Assembly: GCA_963667665.2 (NCBI GenBank)
Contig: OY763927.2
Location: 544,001 to 608,000, forward strand
DNA: 64,000 nucleotides
Direction: 5' to 3'
Source: Nitrosopumilus sp.
Lineage (GTDB): Archaea; Thermoproteota; Nitrososphaeria; Nitrososphaerales; Nitrosopumilaceae
The notes under the pieces were generated by a model. It was not told where the DNA came from, did not search any database, and worked only from the letters and a program-made list of their open reading frames with translations. This document shows positions 1 through 10,170 of this stretch, piece after piece; position 1 is the first letter of the stretch, and each line of letters begins with the position of its first letter. Position numbers and translations under genes: made by a program.

Positions 1-1341
1 CAGATATCCATTAACAATATACACAAAATCAATAATCTTAGAATTATAGAACCAAAAACACTAGATAGAATAATTTCAGATGTGGATATCATAATAGAAG
101 ATGGTATGAGAATCAGTCAAGAAATACACAATAATCATAAACTAAAAGATACGCTATACTCTATAGAGCAAACAACAAGTGGTATTAGAAAGTTTGAGAA
201 ATCTAATCTACTATATCCTGTGATTAATGTGGCTGAATCCAAACTAAAACTAGAGATTGAAAATTCAATAGCAACTCCTGAATCAATATTAACATCATTA
301 CTCTTTGAATCAAGAATATCACTAACTCAAAAAAATGTGCTTGTTATAGGATATGGAAAAGTTGGAAGTGGTATTGCCAAATTATGTCATTGTCATGGAA
401 GTAATGTCACAATAGTTGATAATGATGTTTTAAAAAGAGCGATTGCCAAATCTCATGGATTTCACACTGTTAATTCTAATACGATTAATGAAAATCTCAA
501 CACTCAAGACATCATCATATCCTGTACTGCAAATCGAGATGGATTTTGTTTGGGAGTAGAACAATTCCTTTTGATGAAAGACAAGACAATGCTTGTCAAT
601 GCAGGGAGTGGTAGAGGCGAGATATCAGAAATGATGCTAAATACAGGGAAATTTAATAAGAATAAGGCCAAAATAAACATTACAAAAAACAACGATCATC
701 TGTATTGCACATTAACCAAAATGGGATTAAAAAAGCAAATCACCATATTAGGTTCTGCTCATCCAATAAACTTGAGATGTGGTAATGGCACACCCACAGA
801 AATGATGGACTTTGTTTTTTCTGTGATGTTGTTAACTGCAATAAAAACAAAACCTGAATCCTTGGAAACAAGCATATGCCTAATATCTCAAGACATACAA
901 AAAGAAATAGTTATCTTATCAGAACATGTAACTGATTTATTACAAGCAAATTTGATTCAAAATAACAAACTATCTGGCGAAGACAGGCCATGGGGCAAAC
1001 TATTTCGATTTTCATCCAGTCAAGACCTAAAGAATTTTTCACTTGTAAGGGCAACATTTGAGCCAAACTGTACCACTGAGGGTCACTATCATGCAGTTTC
1101 AGAAGAGGCATATGTTGTAGAGTCAGGAACTGCAGATATTTTTACATGGAATCCCAAAAACATTGATGATAAAACAACCTTTAATGTAAAGCCAGGCGAC
1201 TATCTATCCATTCCAAAAGGAATGGCTCACAAAGTAATCGTTACATCACAAGAAAAATTCTCATGTTTGGTAATTGCATCTCCTCCATTTTCATTTTGGG
1301 ATCAGTTTTTCCCCAAAGTTTCCACACTACAAAAAGTCTAA
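1..1341 (+). CDS. S-adenosylhomocysteine hydrolase-like NAD-binding protein fused to a C-terminal cupin (5' end lies before the window)
   Basis: Frame is open from base 1; EQTTSG, VINVAESKLK, Rossmann VIGYGKVGSG and NAGS motifs as in AdoHcyase; C-terminal DRPWG...HYH...EEAY...G.AH cupin motifs. Confidence 0.75.
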   Translation, partial: QISINNIHKINNLRIIEPKTLDRIISDVDIIIEDGMRISQEIHNNHKLKDTLYSIEQTTSGIRKFEKSNLLYPVINVAESKLKLEIENSIATPESILTSLLFESRISLTQKNVLVIGYGKVGSGIAKLCHCHGSNVTIVDNDVLKRAIAKSHGFHTVNSNTINENLNTQDIIISCTANRDGFCLGVEQFLLMKDKTMLVNAGSGRGEISEMMLNTGKFNKNKAKINITKNNDHLYCTLTKMGLKKQITILGSAHPINLRCGNGTPTEMMDFVFSVMLLTAIKTKPESLETSICLISQDIQKEIVILSEHVTDLLQANLIQNNKLSGEDRPWGKLFRFSSSQDLKNFSLVRATFEPNCTTEGHYHAVSEEAYVVESGTADIFTWNPKNIDDKTTFNVKPGDYLSIPKGMAHKVIVTSQEKFSCLVIASPPFSFWDQFFPKVSTLQKV

Positions 1342-1421
1342 AACTAATATGACAAATGGCATGATTTCCATCAGGCAAGAAAGAACAATTTCAAGAATTC
1401 AATTTGTTGTGAATAAGAAAT

Positions 1422-2156
1422 TTGAAAAATAAAACAATTCAGATTCAAATTAATGAAAAATATTTGAATCTAGTTCCCAGACCTGAAGATAGTCAGATTA
1501 ATAGTTTGAAAAATTCCATACAAGAAGACGGTCAGCAAGTAAAAATAATTGTAAATTCAAAAGGCATGATTCTTGATGGCCATACAAGATTCATGATTTG
1601 CGATGAACTGGGAATAGTACCAGAATACGTAATCAAGAAATTTGTTTCAATTGAGAAGGAAAAAGAGTTTGTGGTTTCTGCAAATCTAAACAGAAGGCAA
1701 TTGACATTATTTGAACGTGGAGAGATTTTATTCGCCTGGTGGAAAGAAGAGAGACAGCGAAGCAACAGTAAGGGAGGATATGCAACTCATGCAACTAGGA
1801 GAACCGGAGTGACTCATGGTGGCACTGTTACAGGAAAGAAGGAACGGCTTTTACAGAGATTTGCCAGAATTATTGGAACTAATGCAACTAATGCTCATGA
1901 ATTAACTTGGTTAATGCTTCATGCACCTGAAAATACCAAAGTAAAATTAAGAAAAGAAGAGATGACAATTCGTGCTGCTTACATAGAACTTGCAAAGCCC
2001 ATTAGAAAATCCAAACAAGACTATATCAAAGAAGACAGAATCTATCTTAAATATCCAAACTGTCTAAACTGCCAAGCACCTACTGTAGATGTAAAAAATG
2101 ACAATTGTCATGTTCACACAATTCTATGCTGTACTAAATGTGGGTGGGGTAACTAA
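1422..2156 (+). CDS. ParB/Srx-like N-terminal domain protein with C-terminal Cys cluster
   Basis: L..SI..DGQ...I.V......LDGHTR and ANLNRRQLT ParB-N motifs; CLNC...CCTKC tail. Confidence 0.75.
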   Translation: MKNKTIQIQINEKYLNLVPRPEDSQINSLKNSIQEDGQQVKIIVNSKGMILDGHTRFMICDELGIVPEYVIKKFVSIEKEKEFVVSANLNRRQLTLFERGEILFAWWKEERQRSNSKGGYATHATRRTGVTHGGTVTGKKERLLQRFARIIGTNATNAHELTWLMLHAPENTKVKLRKEEMTIRAAYIELAKPIRKSKQDYIKEDRIYLKYPNCLNCQAPTVDVKNDNCHVHTILCCTKCGWGN

Positions 2157-2614
2157 TGTCAAAGACACAACTAGAACCACGAATAAACGCAGCTTATTAT
2201 GATTTCATACCTAGACCAAATCAAGAAGACAGAAAAAAACTAAAAAACTACAACTTGTCACATTCTACATTTGATAGTTTTAATTCAATATATTCTGAAC
2301 TTGGAAAAATAATATCCTACAGGATCATGCCCAATTGCAAACATGAAACTCTTCTTAAGGTGCTAAAACAACTAACAATTGACGTAAACAAAAACAAGGA
2401 GCGCATACTTGATGAAGAAATTTTCAAAGTTTTAGAAAAAACAGGAAAGCCAATGACAGGTCAGGCAATCACATATGAAATCAATTCAGTTTATGGTTTT
2501 CCAATAAGAAAAGTTTCTGATGTCAACATCACACTTTCTGGAAATCGTAAGGTGTTTGAGAGTGATCAATATTTGACAAAATGGTATCTGAAAAACTGGA
2601 TCAAATCACAATGA
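2156..2614 (+). CDS. hypothetical protein; N-terminus paralogous to the upstream ParB-like protein, C-terminal winged-helix-like
   Basis: INAAYYDFIPRP versus INEKYLNLVPRP; IFKVLEKTGKPMT...I helix-turn-helix-like pattern. Confidence 0.45.
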   Translation: MSKTQLEPRINAAYYDFIPRPNQEDRKKLKNYNLSHSTFDSFNSIYSELGKIISYRIMPNCKHETLLKVLKQLTIDVNKNKERILDEEIFKVLEKTGKPMTGQAITYEINSVYGFPIRKVSDVNITLSGNRKVFESDQYLTKWYLKNWIKSQ

Positions 2615-2955
2615 GTTTACAGAAATTCAACCCTAGTATTTACAAAATACTAGAACAAGAAGCAAAAAAACTACCGAAAACATCATGTGATTGCCCATGC
2701 CATGAATATGGATTGTTCCATCATAATCCCTGTTTGAGTATTTTATCCAATTTACAATGTCTTGAATGTAAATGCAAACCCATACCATTCAACGCTAGTG
2801 AAATAACAATCTTACAAAGTCATGTTAAAAAATACTGGAAAAAATTAAATGGTTATGCAAATAACATGGTTGTTTCATCATATCCAGATTGGATTGGAGA
2901 AGACATAATATTCATGAGAGTTTTGCTTGAAGCAAAATTAAACAATTTATTATAA
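2611..2955 (+). CDS. hypothetical Cys/His-rich protein
   Basis: ATG overlaps the upstream stop (ATGA); CDCPCH...CLECKC. Confidence 0.5.
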   Translation: MSLQKFNPSIYKILEQEAKKLPKTSCDCPCHEYGLFHHNPCLSILSNLQCLECKCKPIPFNASEITILQSHVKKYWKKLNGYANNMVVSSYPDWIGEDIIFMRVLLEAKLNNLL

Positions 2956-2995
2956 CCCCGAACCGATAACCGGATAAAAGATCATACCAAAAAAT

Positions 2996-3865
2996 TTGAA
3001 TCACCTGACTACAATAATTGAAGATGCTACAACAGGTGAGCAAATATGCGCTTGTTGTGGAATGATATTAGATGAAAAACCCAACATTCGTGGAATATCC
3101 CGTATTGAGAACCATGAGAACATCCACTGGAAAAATACCATTCAGCATCATCATGACTATGCACTAGGAAGTATCGCAGACACAAATGACAAGAATTCAA
3201 GAAACATCAACCTATGGCAAAACAGACTCAGGGCATCAAACAGTTTGGAGAGAAGAATCTATAGTAATTTCATCGAACTAGAAAATATTTTTGCCAAAAA
3301 ACAGGTTCCCAACACAATCAAAAAAATAACACACTACTTGAGTAGAAAGGCAAGCAAATCTGGAATTGATATAGGCTCTAGAAAAGAAATGTTTCAGGCA
3401 GTCTTGTTGTATTTTGCTTTTGAATTATCACAAAATAAATACCCACGAAGACAATTCATTAGAGATTATACGTTAAAGACAAAAACATTCAACAAATATG
3501 TCTGGCTGATCAAAGAAGAATTCAAGATAATCTCAAACTATGAAGACATTTCAAACAAACTATTATACAGACATGCAACAAATTTGAAATTTCCAAAAAA
3601 GACAACAACTCTTGCAAATGCAATAATTGAGCATGCAAGAAAAAAGTATCTGTTGTCTGGAAAAGATATTGGAGGAATAGTTGCTACTGCACTATATATT
3701 GCATATTATTCCACATCAAAGAGAAAACCAAAGATAAATGAAATCATTGCCAAAGAATGCGGTACCAGCATAGCATCAATGAACTACATAAGAAGACAAT
3801 GGTCTGAGATACTTGAAATTCTCAATCTACGAAAACAAGTAGTCAATAATTGCAAATTTATTTAG
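2996..3865 (+). CDS. tfb: divergent transcription initiation factor IIB (TFB)-like protein
   Basis: Zn-ribbon D..TGE.IC..CG.IL, HDY.LGS, WQNR.R, two cyclin-like repeats with GK...GIVATALYIA. Confidence 0.8.
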   Translation: MNHLTTIIEDATTGEQICACCGMILDEKPNIRGISRIENHENIHWKNTIQHHHDYALGSIADTNDKNSRNINLWQNRLRASNSLERRIYSNFIELENIFAKKQVPNTIKKITHYLSRKASKSGIDIGSRKEMFQAVLLYFAFELSQNKYPRRQFIRDYTLKTKTFNKYVWLIKEEFKIISNYEDISNKLLYRHATNLKFPKKTTTLANAIIEHARKKYLLSGKDIGGIVATALYIAYYSTSKRKPKINEIIAKECGTSIASMNYIRRQWSEILEILNLRKQVVNNCKFI

Positions 3866-3872
3866 AAAAAAA

Positions 3873-4160
3873 TTGTTTCCTGATCAAATCATAATAATTA
3901 AAGAATTTATCTTGAAATTTGATTCTATTCAAAATCATATCATTGAATTTGTCCGTAAGAATCGACTGTATGAGAAAGGAGTGGAAAATAAGCAGTGCTG
4001 TACTGGAATTCATTGTATGAAAATTGGACAGACTGCATATGTCTTCAATGGAGAGCCATTTGGTTTGAAGAGTGTTTATTGCTCTAACTTGGAATGTTTC
4101 CTAGAAAATCTGAATTCTGAATCTGTCAAAAAATTTCGTGAATCAATAAAGAAAAAATGA
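3873..4160 (+). CDS. hypothetical small Cys-rich protein
   Basis: Co-oriented ORF in a tightly packed operon. Confidence 0.4.
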   Translation: MFPDQIIIIKEFILKFDSIQNHIIEFVRKNRLYEKGVENKQCCTGIHCMKIGQTAYVFNGEPFGLKSVYCSNLECFLENLNSESVKKFRESIKKK

Positions 4161-4369
4161 AAATAGCAATAGATTTTGATGGCGTACCATCAAATACAAT
4201 AAAAAATAGCATCCATAGTAAAACCAGAAGAACTTTTCTCAAATATCGTTCATTAGTGATTTCTCATTTGACAACTGCTACTTTAGATGAATTTGCATTG
4301 AAACAAAACGTACAAAATTTTTGTGAATATGTGGACAGGTTGACAAATGAACGATTATTAAATCCATGA
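4157..4369 (+). pseudogene. N-terminal fragment of a HAD-family 5'(3')-nucleotidase
   Basis: MKIAIDFDGV HAD motif I only; 70 aa is too short for a full HAD fold. Confidence 0.55.
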
Positions 4370-4394
4370 TCAAAGAAAATAATAAAAACTAATT

Positions 4395-5156
4395 TTGCAA
4401 AAACAAAACAATTACACAAGAAGCTCAATGTTGTACTGGTATCCTAAAATAAAGTACTTGCCAATACCTCAACCTCAAACAGAAATCATACAAATCCCAT
4501 TTGAGAAATTCATTAAATTGATTAATGGCAATTCCACACTATCAGAGTATACAGAACAATTCTCGCAAATCATGGAATTATTAGAGCCATTTCCAATATT
4601 TCTTAGAACTGACAACTCCTCTCAAAAGCATTCCTTCAAGAAAACATGCAGGCTTCCAAATGAATCATCATTATTTGGACACATTTTGGAACTAGTAGAT
4701 TCCAACATGGCCTCAGATTTGACAGATAATGCCCTGGTGTTTAGAAAATGGCTTGATTTGGATGCGGGATTTTTTGCATTTGATGGCCTACCGATTAATG
4801 TTGAGGCACGAGTGTTCATTAATGATAGTGTGATACAGTGCATTCACCCATACTGGCCTGAAGATGCCATAGAATCATGGTTAAACCAAAGAGAATCCTT
4901 TGAGAATCACTTTGGTGAGAAACTACCGGGTACAATTAATAATTCATGGAGGAGAATCCTCAAATCCCAAAATAAGATAGTAGAAGAATCAACTTTAATT
5001 CTAAAAAAATACACAAAACTAATCATAGATTCAATTGGTAAAGATTACTGGAGTGTTGACTTTGCATTAGGTAGAGATGGACGATGGTATCTAATAGACA
5101 TGGCTGCAGGTGAAGTGTCATATCATCCTGACTGCAAATTTGTAATGAATAATTAA
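4395..5156 (+). CDS. ATP-grasp fold protein
   Basis: P.FLR.D..S.KH, E.RVF, SVDF......WYLIDM ATP-grasp motifs. Confidence 0.65.
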   Translation: MQKQNNYTRSSMLYWYPKIKYLPIPQPQTEIIQIPFEKFIKLINGNSTLSEYTEQFSQIMELLEPFPIFLRTDNSSQKHSFKKTCRLPNESSLFGHILELVDSNMASDLTDNALVFRKWLDLDAGFFAFDGLPINVEARVFINDSVIQCIHPYWPEDAIESWLNQRESFENHFGEKLPGTINNSWRRILKSQNKIVEESTLILKKYTKLIIDSIGKDYWSVDFALGRDGRWYLIDMAAGEVSYHPDCKFVMNN

Positions 5157-5609
5157 ATGAAGATTCTCCAAGTTCCAATTTTGTATTGTTTCAGATGTAA
5201 AAACAAATTCACTCCAAAAATTAATGCTGTGGATGAATCAATTGTAATACCCAAGGCATGCCCAAACAGACATTGTCGTTCCCAAACATGGAACATTCCT
5301 GATTCAGAACTAGATATGATTAGAAAGACTCAGAATCGTAATTTACTATTATCCCAAAGGTCTCACACCGGTATAAAGAAAAAGATTCTAGTACTTGATA
5401 AATACACACCAAAAAAATCAGAAAAAAAACCATCAGTGATATGCCTTGACTGTGAGTTATTCTTTCATGATCTAGATGGTTTGAAAGCACATCGACATAG
5501 AAGGCATCATGGAATGTGTATGAAATGCCATGCAAGTAATGTATATGTGATTAGAGTGAATAATACTGCAATTTGTAAAATCTGTTTTGAATCAAAGAAA
5601 AATGGGTGA
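5157..5609 (+). CDS. multi-zinc-finger protein
   Basis: CFRC...CP..HC, C2H2 CLDC..F...L..H...HH, CMKC...CKIC. Confidence 0.6.
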   Translation: MKILQVPILYCFRCKNKFTPKINAVDESIVIPKACPNRHCRSQTWNIPDSELDMIRKTQNRNLLLSQRSHTGIKKKILVLDKYTPKKSEKKPSVICLDCELFFHDLDGLKAHRHRRHHGMCMKCHASNVYVIRVNNTAICKICFESKKNG

Positions 5610-5934
5610 ACAATTTCACACACCTGACGAATCCATGTTAATTCATCTAAAACAATCACTAGTCAAAGAACGTGATTCTACACTGTCTGAAGTTTCTGAT
5701 GACTTTTACCAAAAATTACATGTAGAGATGAAAAATCTCGAAGGTAAAGAATTACAGAATACAAATGATTTACTAAATGAGTTTGTACGAATCAGACACT
5801 CCAAAATAGTCCAGTTCGCATCTGTATTAAAATCAGGAAATATTATAGAAAATAACATGTCTGATGAGGAGAGAGATCTGTTTTTTATGATGCAGTATTG
5901 CACCAAATTGTTCTACAAGAAAATAATTCTGTGA
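5587..5934 (+). CDS. GINS-like helical (A-domain) protein
   Basis: E....LSEV.DDFY, R..KI..FA, MS.EE..LF pattern of the archaeal Gins23 helical domain. Confidence 0.6.
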   Translation: MNQRKMGEQFHTPDESMLIHLKQSLVKERDSTLSEVSDDFYQKLHVEMKNLEGKELQNTNDLLNEFVRIRHSKIVQFASVLKSGNIIENNMSDEERDLFFMMQYCTKLFYKKIIL

Positions 5935-5940
5935 TGAAAA

Positions 5941-6162
5941 ATGATGTTTGGGGAGTTTTACAAAATGCCTGACTGGATACTGATTCAAACTAATTTCCCA
6001 AACAAATGTGTAGAATGTGAAGAACAAATTGATATTGGAGATTCTGCATACTGGAAAAAGGGAATTGGTCTGAAATGCTATCCTGAATGTGCAGCAGGAT
6101 TTACAGAAGACAAATCAGAACTAGTAATAATAGATGGTGACTTTGAGGATTATCTGAAATGA
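5941..6162 (+). CDS. small zinc-binding protein
   Basis: CVEC...I..GD...W......C..C. Confidence 0.5.
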   Translation: MMFGEFYKMPDWILIQTNFPNKCVECEEQIDIGDSAYWKKGIGLKCYPECAAGFTEDKSELVIIDGDFEDYLK

Positions 6163-6872
6163 GTTTCTGGTCACTTGATAGATCATCATACAAAGCATTT
6201 GAAAATACAATCAAAGATGTATTTGGAAAGACAACTGTACAAATCAATATTGTAGATATCTTTAACTCGGGATTTTTGTTGTACAGTGAGCTAGAACCAA
6301 AACCAACAATAACTGTAAACATAAACGACCAATTTTTGTTAAAAATGATGATAAGGCGATTTCTAAGACCCACAATTGAGCACGAGTTTACACATATGTT
6401 TGGCAAGGGAAAATGGAGTTCTGTCACAATAAACTATCCTGAAGCAGTTCCTGCAACGCTGAGAAAAAATGTCTGCGACATACTAAATAATGACCTTCAA
6501 TCCTTGATTAATTGTTGCCTGTGTGTATCTCAGCAGAAACTTGCGATACACTACTTGGATTTTGAATTTGAGAAATTATTATATTCGTTAAGAAATGACA
6601 ATGGATTACTAAGAGCGTCAGTTCTTATCAGATTGGGTTACTTGACTGCCATTGGAAACCATACAAATTTGCAAAAACCACTGGGACATGTAGCATCAAA
6701 AATAATAACTGATTTTTTTGATGGTATAATTATGGAGAGGGCAAAAAATATCTTTGAGTGTGTATGTCAGCATGATTACAATAAGGAGGTTCAAGTTGAC
6801 TTGGCTTTACTATGTTTTGAGCTTGACGAATCCATACACCATCAGAAAAACTATCTCATCACAAAGGAATAA
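6159..6872 (+). CDS. HExxH zincin-like metalloprotein
   Basis: IEHEFTH motif. Confidence 0.5.
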   Translation: MSFWSLDRSSYKAFENTIKDVFGKTTVQINIVDIFNSGFLLYSELEPKPTITVNINDQFLLKMMIRRFLRPTIEHEFTHMFGKGKWSSVTINYPEAVPATLRKNVCDILNNDLQSLINCCLCVSQQKLAIHYLDFEFEKLLYSLRNDNGLLRASVLIRLGYLTAIGNHTNLQKPLGHVASKIITDFFDGIIMERAKNIFECVCQHDYNKEVQVDLALLCFELDESIHHQKNYLITKE

Positions 6873-6949
6873 AGAATGACATTGATGAATTTGATCTGTT
6901 GTACTATTGATAAAAAGTTATTTTAAGATCTTGTATACTATATCTTATA

Positions 6950-7168
6950 ATGAGTTCAGTTATGAATAAAAAAACATACACCGTATTAATTGAGCAAGAT
7001 GAAGACGGAATGTATGTTGCCAAAGTTCCAGATATAATGGGTTGTCATACACAAGGAAAGACTATCTCCGAGGCTATGAGTAGGATAAAAGAGGCAATCA
7101 AAGTTTGCAGTAATGATAAAGTTGAACCCTTGAAATTTGTTGGAATACAACAAATCCAGACAGAGTAA
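6950..7168 (+). CDS. hicB: HicB-family antitoxin
   Basis: EQDEDG.YVA.VP...GCHTQGKT..EA...IKEAI. Confidence 0.9.
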   Translation: MSSVMNKKTYTVLIEQDEDGMYVAKVPDIMGCHTQGKTISEAMSRIKEAIKVCSNDKVEPLKFVGIQQIQTE

Positions 7169-7398
7169 TGAAACTAAATCTAATCTCTGGTAGAAATATG
7201 TGCAAGATACTTGAAAAGTCTGGCTTTAAGAAAATTAACCAAGTTGGAAGCCATATCAGATATGTTCATCAAAACGGATACAAGACAGTAGTCCCAGTTC
7301 ATGGAAATGAATTGTTGGGACGTGGGTTGATTAATGAAATCCTAAAACAATCAAATATCTCTAGAGATGATTATGAATTGCTAAGACAAAAAATATGA
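7168..7398 (+). CDS. hicA: HicA-family mRNA interferase toxin
   Basis: LEK.GF.....GSH...VVPVHG...L..GL...ILKQ. Confidence 0.9.
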   Translation: MKLNLISGRNMCKILEKSGFKKINQVGSHIRYVHQNGYKTVVPVHGNELLGRGLINEILKQSNISRDDYELLRQKI

Positions 7399-7420
7399 GA
7401 AAACTTTTGATATTATAATT

Positions 7421-9091
7421 ATGACATTTTTAGATAACTTTCCACTACAGTACACTCCACGAGATACTCAAAAAGACGTGATTACACAAATTGAATCTGC
7501 TATATCATCAGGGTACAAAAACATCCTGCTTTGTGTCCCAACTGGAGTTGGTAAATCCCACATTGGAGTGACTGTTGCAAAATCCTTGGGAACATCATTT
7601 GTTATCACAGCGCAAAAGATTCTACAAGACCAGTATACTGATGACTTTGCATTTATTTATTCCATGAAGGGCAAGTCTAATTTCCCATGTATCAACCTGT
7701 ATGATACATCACAGATTTCATATGATATGGCAAGAAATGATCCTCAACTATTATGTAATATGGGACAGTGCTCGTGGGAGGAAAACGTAGGTGGAAAAAA
7801 GAAGACCATATACTGTAAACACAAGCCAAAGTTAGAGTCATTTACCAAACACAACATGAGAACAGAGCAAGAAAAAATAGCAGAACCCGACGAGCAAAAA
7901 TGCTATTACTATAACCAGAAATTCCAGGCATTGCTCTCAACTCACGCGCTATTCAACTATGCATCATACTTTCAAACCAGACTGTACCCACAAGGAATTG
8001 AAGAACTATTGAATAGAGACTGTATCATTGCAGATGAGGCACACGAGATTGAAGATCAAATTATTGGATACATCGGCTATGACATCAGACCCAAAACACT
8101 AGAGGATGTCAGGATGAATTTACATGATTACATCACAAACACAACTGATGGAGTCTTGGAATTGCTAGATATTTTAGGTGATGAGTATACAAGAGAAATA
8201 AGAAGGCTGCAAAATGCAGAAGACAAACGATATCAGACCTACAAGAAAAGGCGTGATAAGATTGATGATATAAAATATGAAATCAAGGATAATCCCGATA
8301 ACTTTGTAATCCAGGAGAATAAAGATGTCTCAGGGGACATCACATCCATATCAATCAAGCCAATAAGTATAGGAAAATACACAAAGCAGTTCTTTGATAG
8401 ACCGACTCAGATTTTCATGAGTGCTACAATTAACAAGATGATGTTTTGCAGAACCATGTCAATTCCTGAAGAACAGTGTGCATACATTGAGGTGGAACAG
8501 TCTCCATTCCCTGTGGGTCATAGAACAATACAATTTCATAATATTAGAAAACTAAACTATCATTCCACTGAGGATGATTACAATACAGTGTATGAAAAGG
8601 CAAAAGAGATTCTCAAGTTTTACGATAAAGAAAAAGGTTTGATTCTCACCACTACAAAAAAACACTGCTCAGATATTGCAGAAAAGTTGGGATGCAGGAT
8701 AGTAATTGCACATGAAGGAGTGCAAGGAAAGAGAGAAAAGATTCTAGAATTGCACAAAAATACAAAAAAGCCTGACGTGTTAGTATCCCCATCATTTTGG
8801 TATGGTGTGGACCTCAAAGATGATTTGTCAAGATTTCAGATTATTCTCAAGGCACCATATCCATCAATGGCAGACAAGAGAACCAAAGTAAAATCAGAGC
8901 GTGACCCATTATGGTATCAAAATAAGGCATTGGAGAAATTGTTACAGGGTTTTGGTAGGTCTATTCGAAGCGAGAATGACTATGCAGAGACTCATGTACT
9001 AGATGAGTCGTGTTATACCTTACTATCCAAGATGAGGCGATTTGTTCCAAAGGCGTACTGGGATTCATTGGGATGGAATGATGACTGCTAG
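7421..9091 (+). CDS. DinG/Rad3/XPD-family SF2 helicase
   Basis: PTGVGKS, DEAH, SAT, GVDL, QGFGRSIRS.ND motifs; Cys cluster after KGKSNFPC. Confidence 0.88.
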   Translation: MTFLDNFPLQYTPRDTQKDVITQIESAISSGYKNILLCVPTGVGKSHIGVTVAKSLGTSFVITAQKILQDQYTDDFAFIYSMKGKSNFPCINLYDTSQISYDMARNDPQLLCNMGQCSWEENVGGKKKTIYCKHKPKLESFTKHNMRTEQEKIAEPDEQKCYYYNQKFQALLSTHALFNYASYFQTRLYPQGIEELLNRDCIIADEAHEIEDQIIGYIGYDIRPKTLEDVRMNLHDYITNTTDGVLELLDILGDEYTREIRRLQNAEDKRYQTYKKRRDKIDDIKYEIKDNPDNFVIQENKDVSGDITSISIKPISIGKYTKQFFDRPTQIFMSATINKMMFCRTMSIPEEQCAYIEVEQSPFPVGHRTIQFHNIRKLNYHSTEDDYNTVYEKAKEILKFYDKEKGLILTTTKKHCSDIAEKLGCRIVIAHEGVQGKREKILELHKNTKKPDVLVSPSFWYGVDLKDDLSRFQIILKAPYPSMADKRTKVKSERDPLWYQNKALEKLLQGFGRSIRSENDYAETHVLDESCYTLLSKMRRFVPKAYWDSLGWNDDC

Positions 9092-9211
9092 TTTCAAAAA
9101 TAAAGAAAACTCTCAAAAATAAAACAAATCAGAATTCCTAGCGGTAAGAATTAGATCATTTCCATGAATTATTGAATAATCTAATGAAAAATTTTACTAC
9201 CCAGAATCTTT

Positions 9212-9631
9212 TTGACTGACTGCAAGCGCTGTAACATTACTCTTACTTTTGAGAATAACAAATGCTTTGATGTTAATGGAATTCCTCATAATATTAGAAA
9301 ATGCAAGACTATACCAGGATATGTTTGGTGTCCTACACATTTTGAGAAATTCTCAAAAAGACATCCATGTGAGCATTATGTACAATATGGTTATGAACCT
9401 GATTCTAATGAGGAATTTTTCATCAAATTAATCAATGAGCACTATCAAAAAGGTGACTGGTTCACAAGAAGAAACCGCATGAAAAAAAGTGGTGAGAAGA
9501 TGAAAAAATCTATCTGTACCAAATGTAATACACCGATACACAATATGACAGAACCACAACAAAAAATACATGAACAAATGCACAAAAACAAAGAAAAACA
9601 CCAGAATACATTACCATCATTTTTTAATTGA
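9212..9631 (+). CDS. zinc-finger protein
   Basis: Several CxxC/CxxH motifs. Confidence 0.5.
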   Translation: MTDCKRCNITLTFENNKCFDVNGIPHNIRKCKTIPGYVWCPTHFEKFSKRHPCEHYVQYGYEPDSNEEFFIKLINEHYQKGDWFTRRNRMKKSGEKMKKSICTKCNTPIHNMTEPQQKIHEQMHKNKEKHQNTLPSFFN

Positions 9632-10083
9632 GTCAAAAATCAATTACAGTAAGAATAGAAAACATCATCATTTTACATATGATGTATCATTGCATGACTG
9701 TCTCTGATATGGTTTATCATGTACAAAACAAGTATCCTGGAATTCCAGATGATGTAATTACTGAAACTGTAAAAATGATGATTGAGGAAAATATCATTAG
9801 AGTATATGCTACTATTAACAATGTAGACTTTTATTCTCATTCCAAAAATCCAAAGCTAGTACAAAAAATCTGGATATATCTAATACAGATGAACTATTCT
9901 GCAACATATGATGATGTGATTGATGCATTTGGCATGACTGCCAAGCAAGACATTGCAGAAGCAATAGGAATAATGGTTGCAAAAAATATCATAGTAAAAA
10001 ATGGCGATTCAATAAAATTGTCTGCAATTGAGCAAAAAAATATTCTACACAATGATACAACATTAAAGTTCTTGTTGAAATAA
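9628..10083 (+). CDS. probable tandem winged-helix protein
   Basis: Two similar helical units ending in M..ENII / M..KNII. Confidence 0.4.
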   Translation: MSQKSITVRIENIIILHMMYHCMTVSDMVYHVQNKYPGIPDDVITETVKMMIEENIIRVYATINNVDFYSHSKNPKLVQKIWIYLIQMNYSATYDDVIDAFGMTAKQDIAEAIGIMVAKNIIVKNGDSIKLSAIEQKNILHNDTTLKFLLK

Positions 10084-10170
10084 AATAACTGAACAAACAT
10101 GTATTCATATTTTTAGAAATGGGTAGAAATTCTAGCGCATTTGTGGTTTTTTAGTTAGATAAAATTTGAA

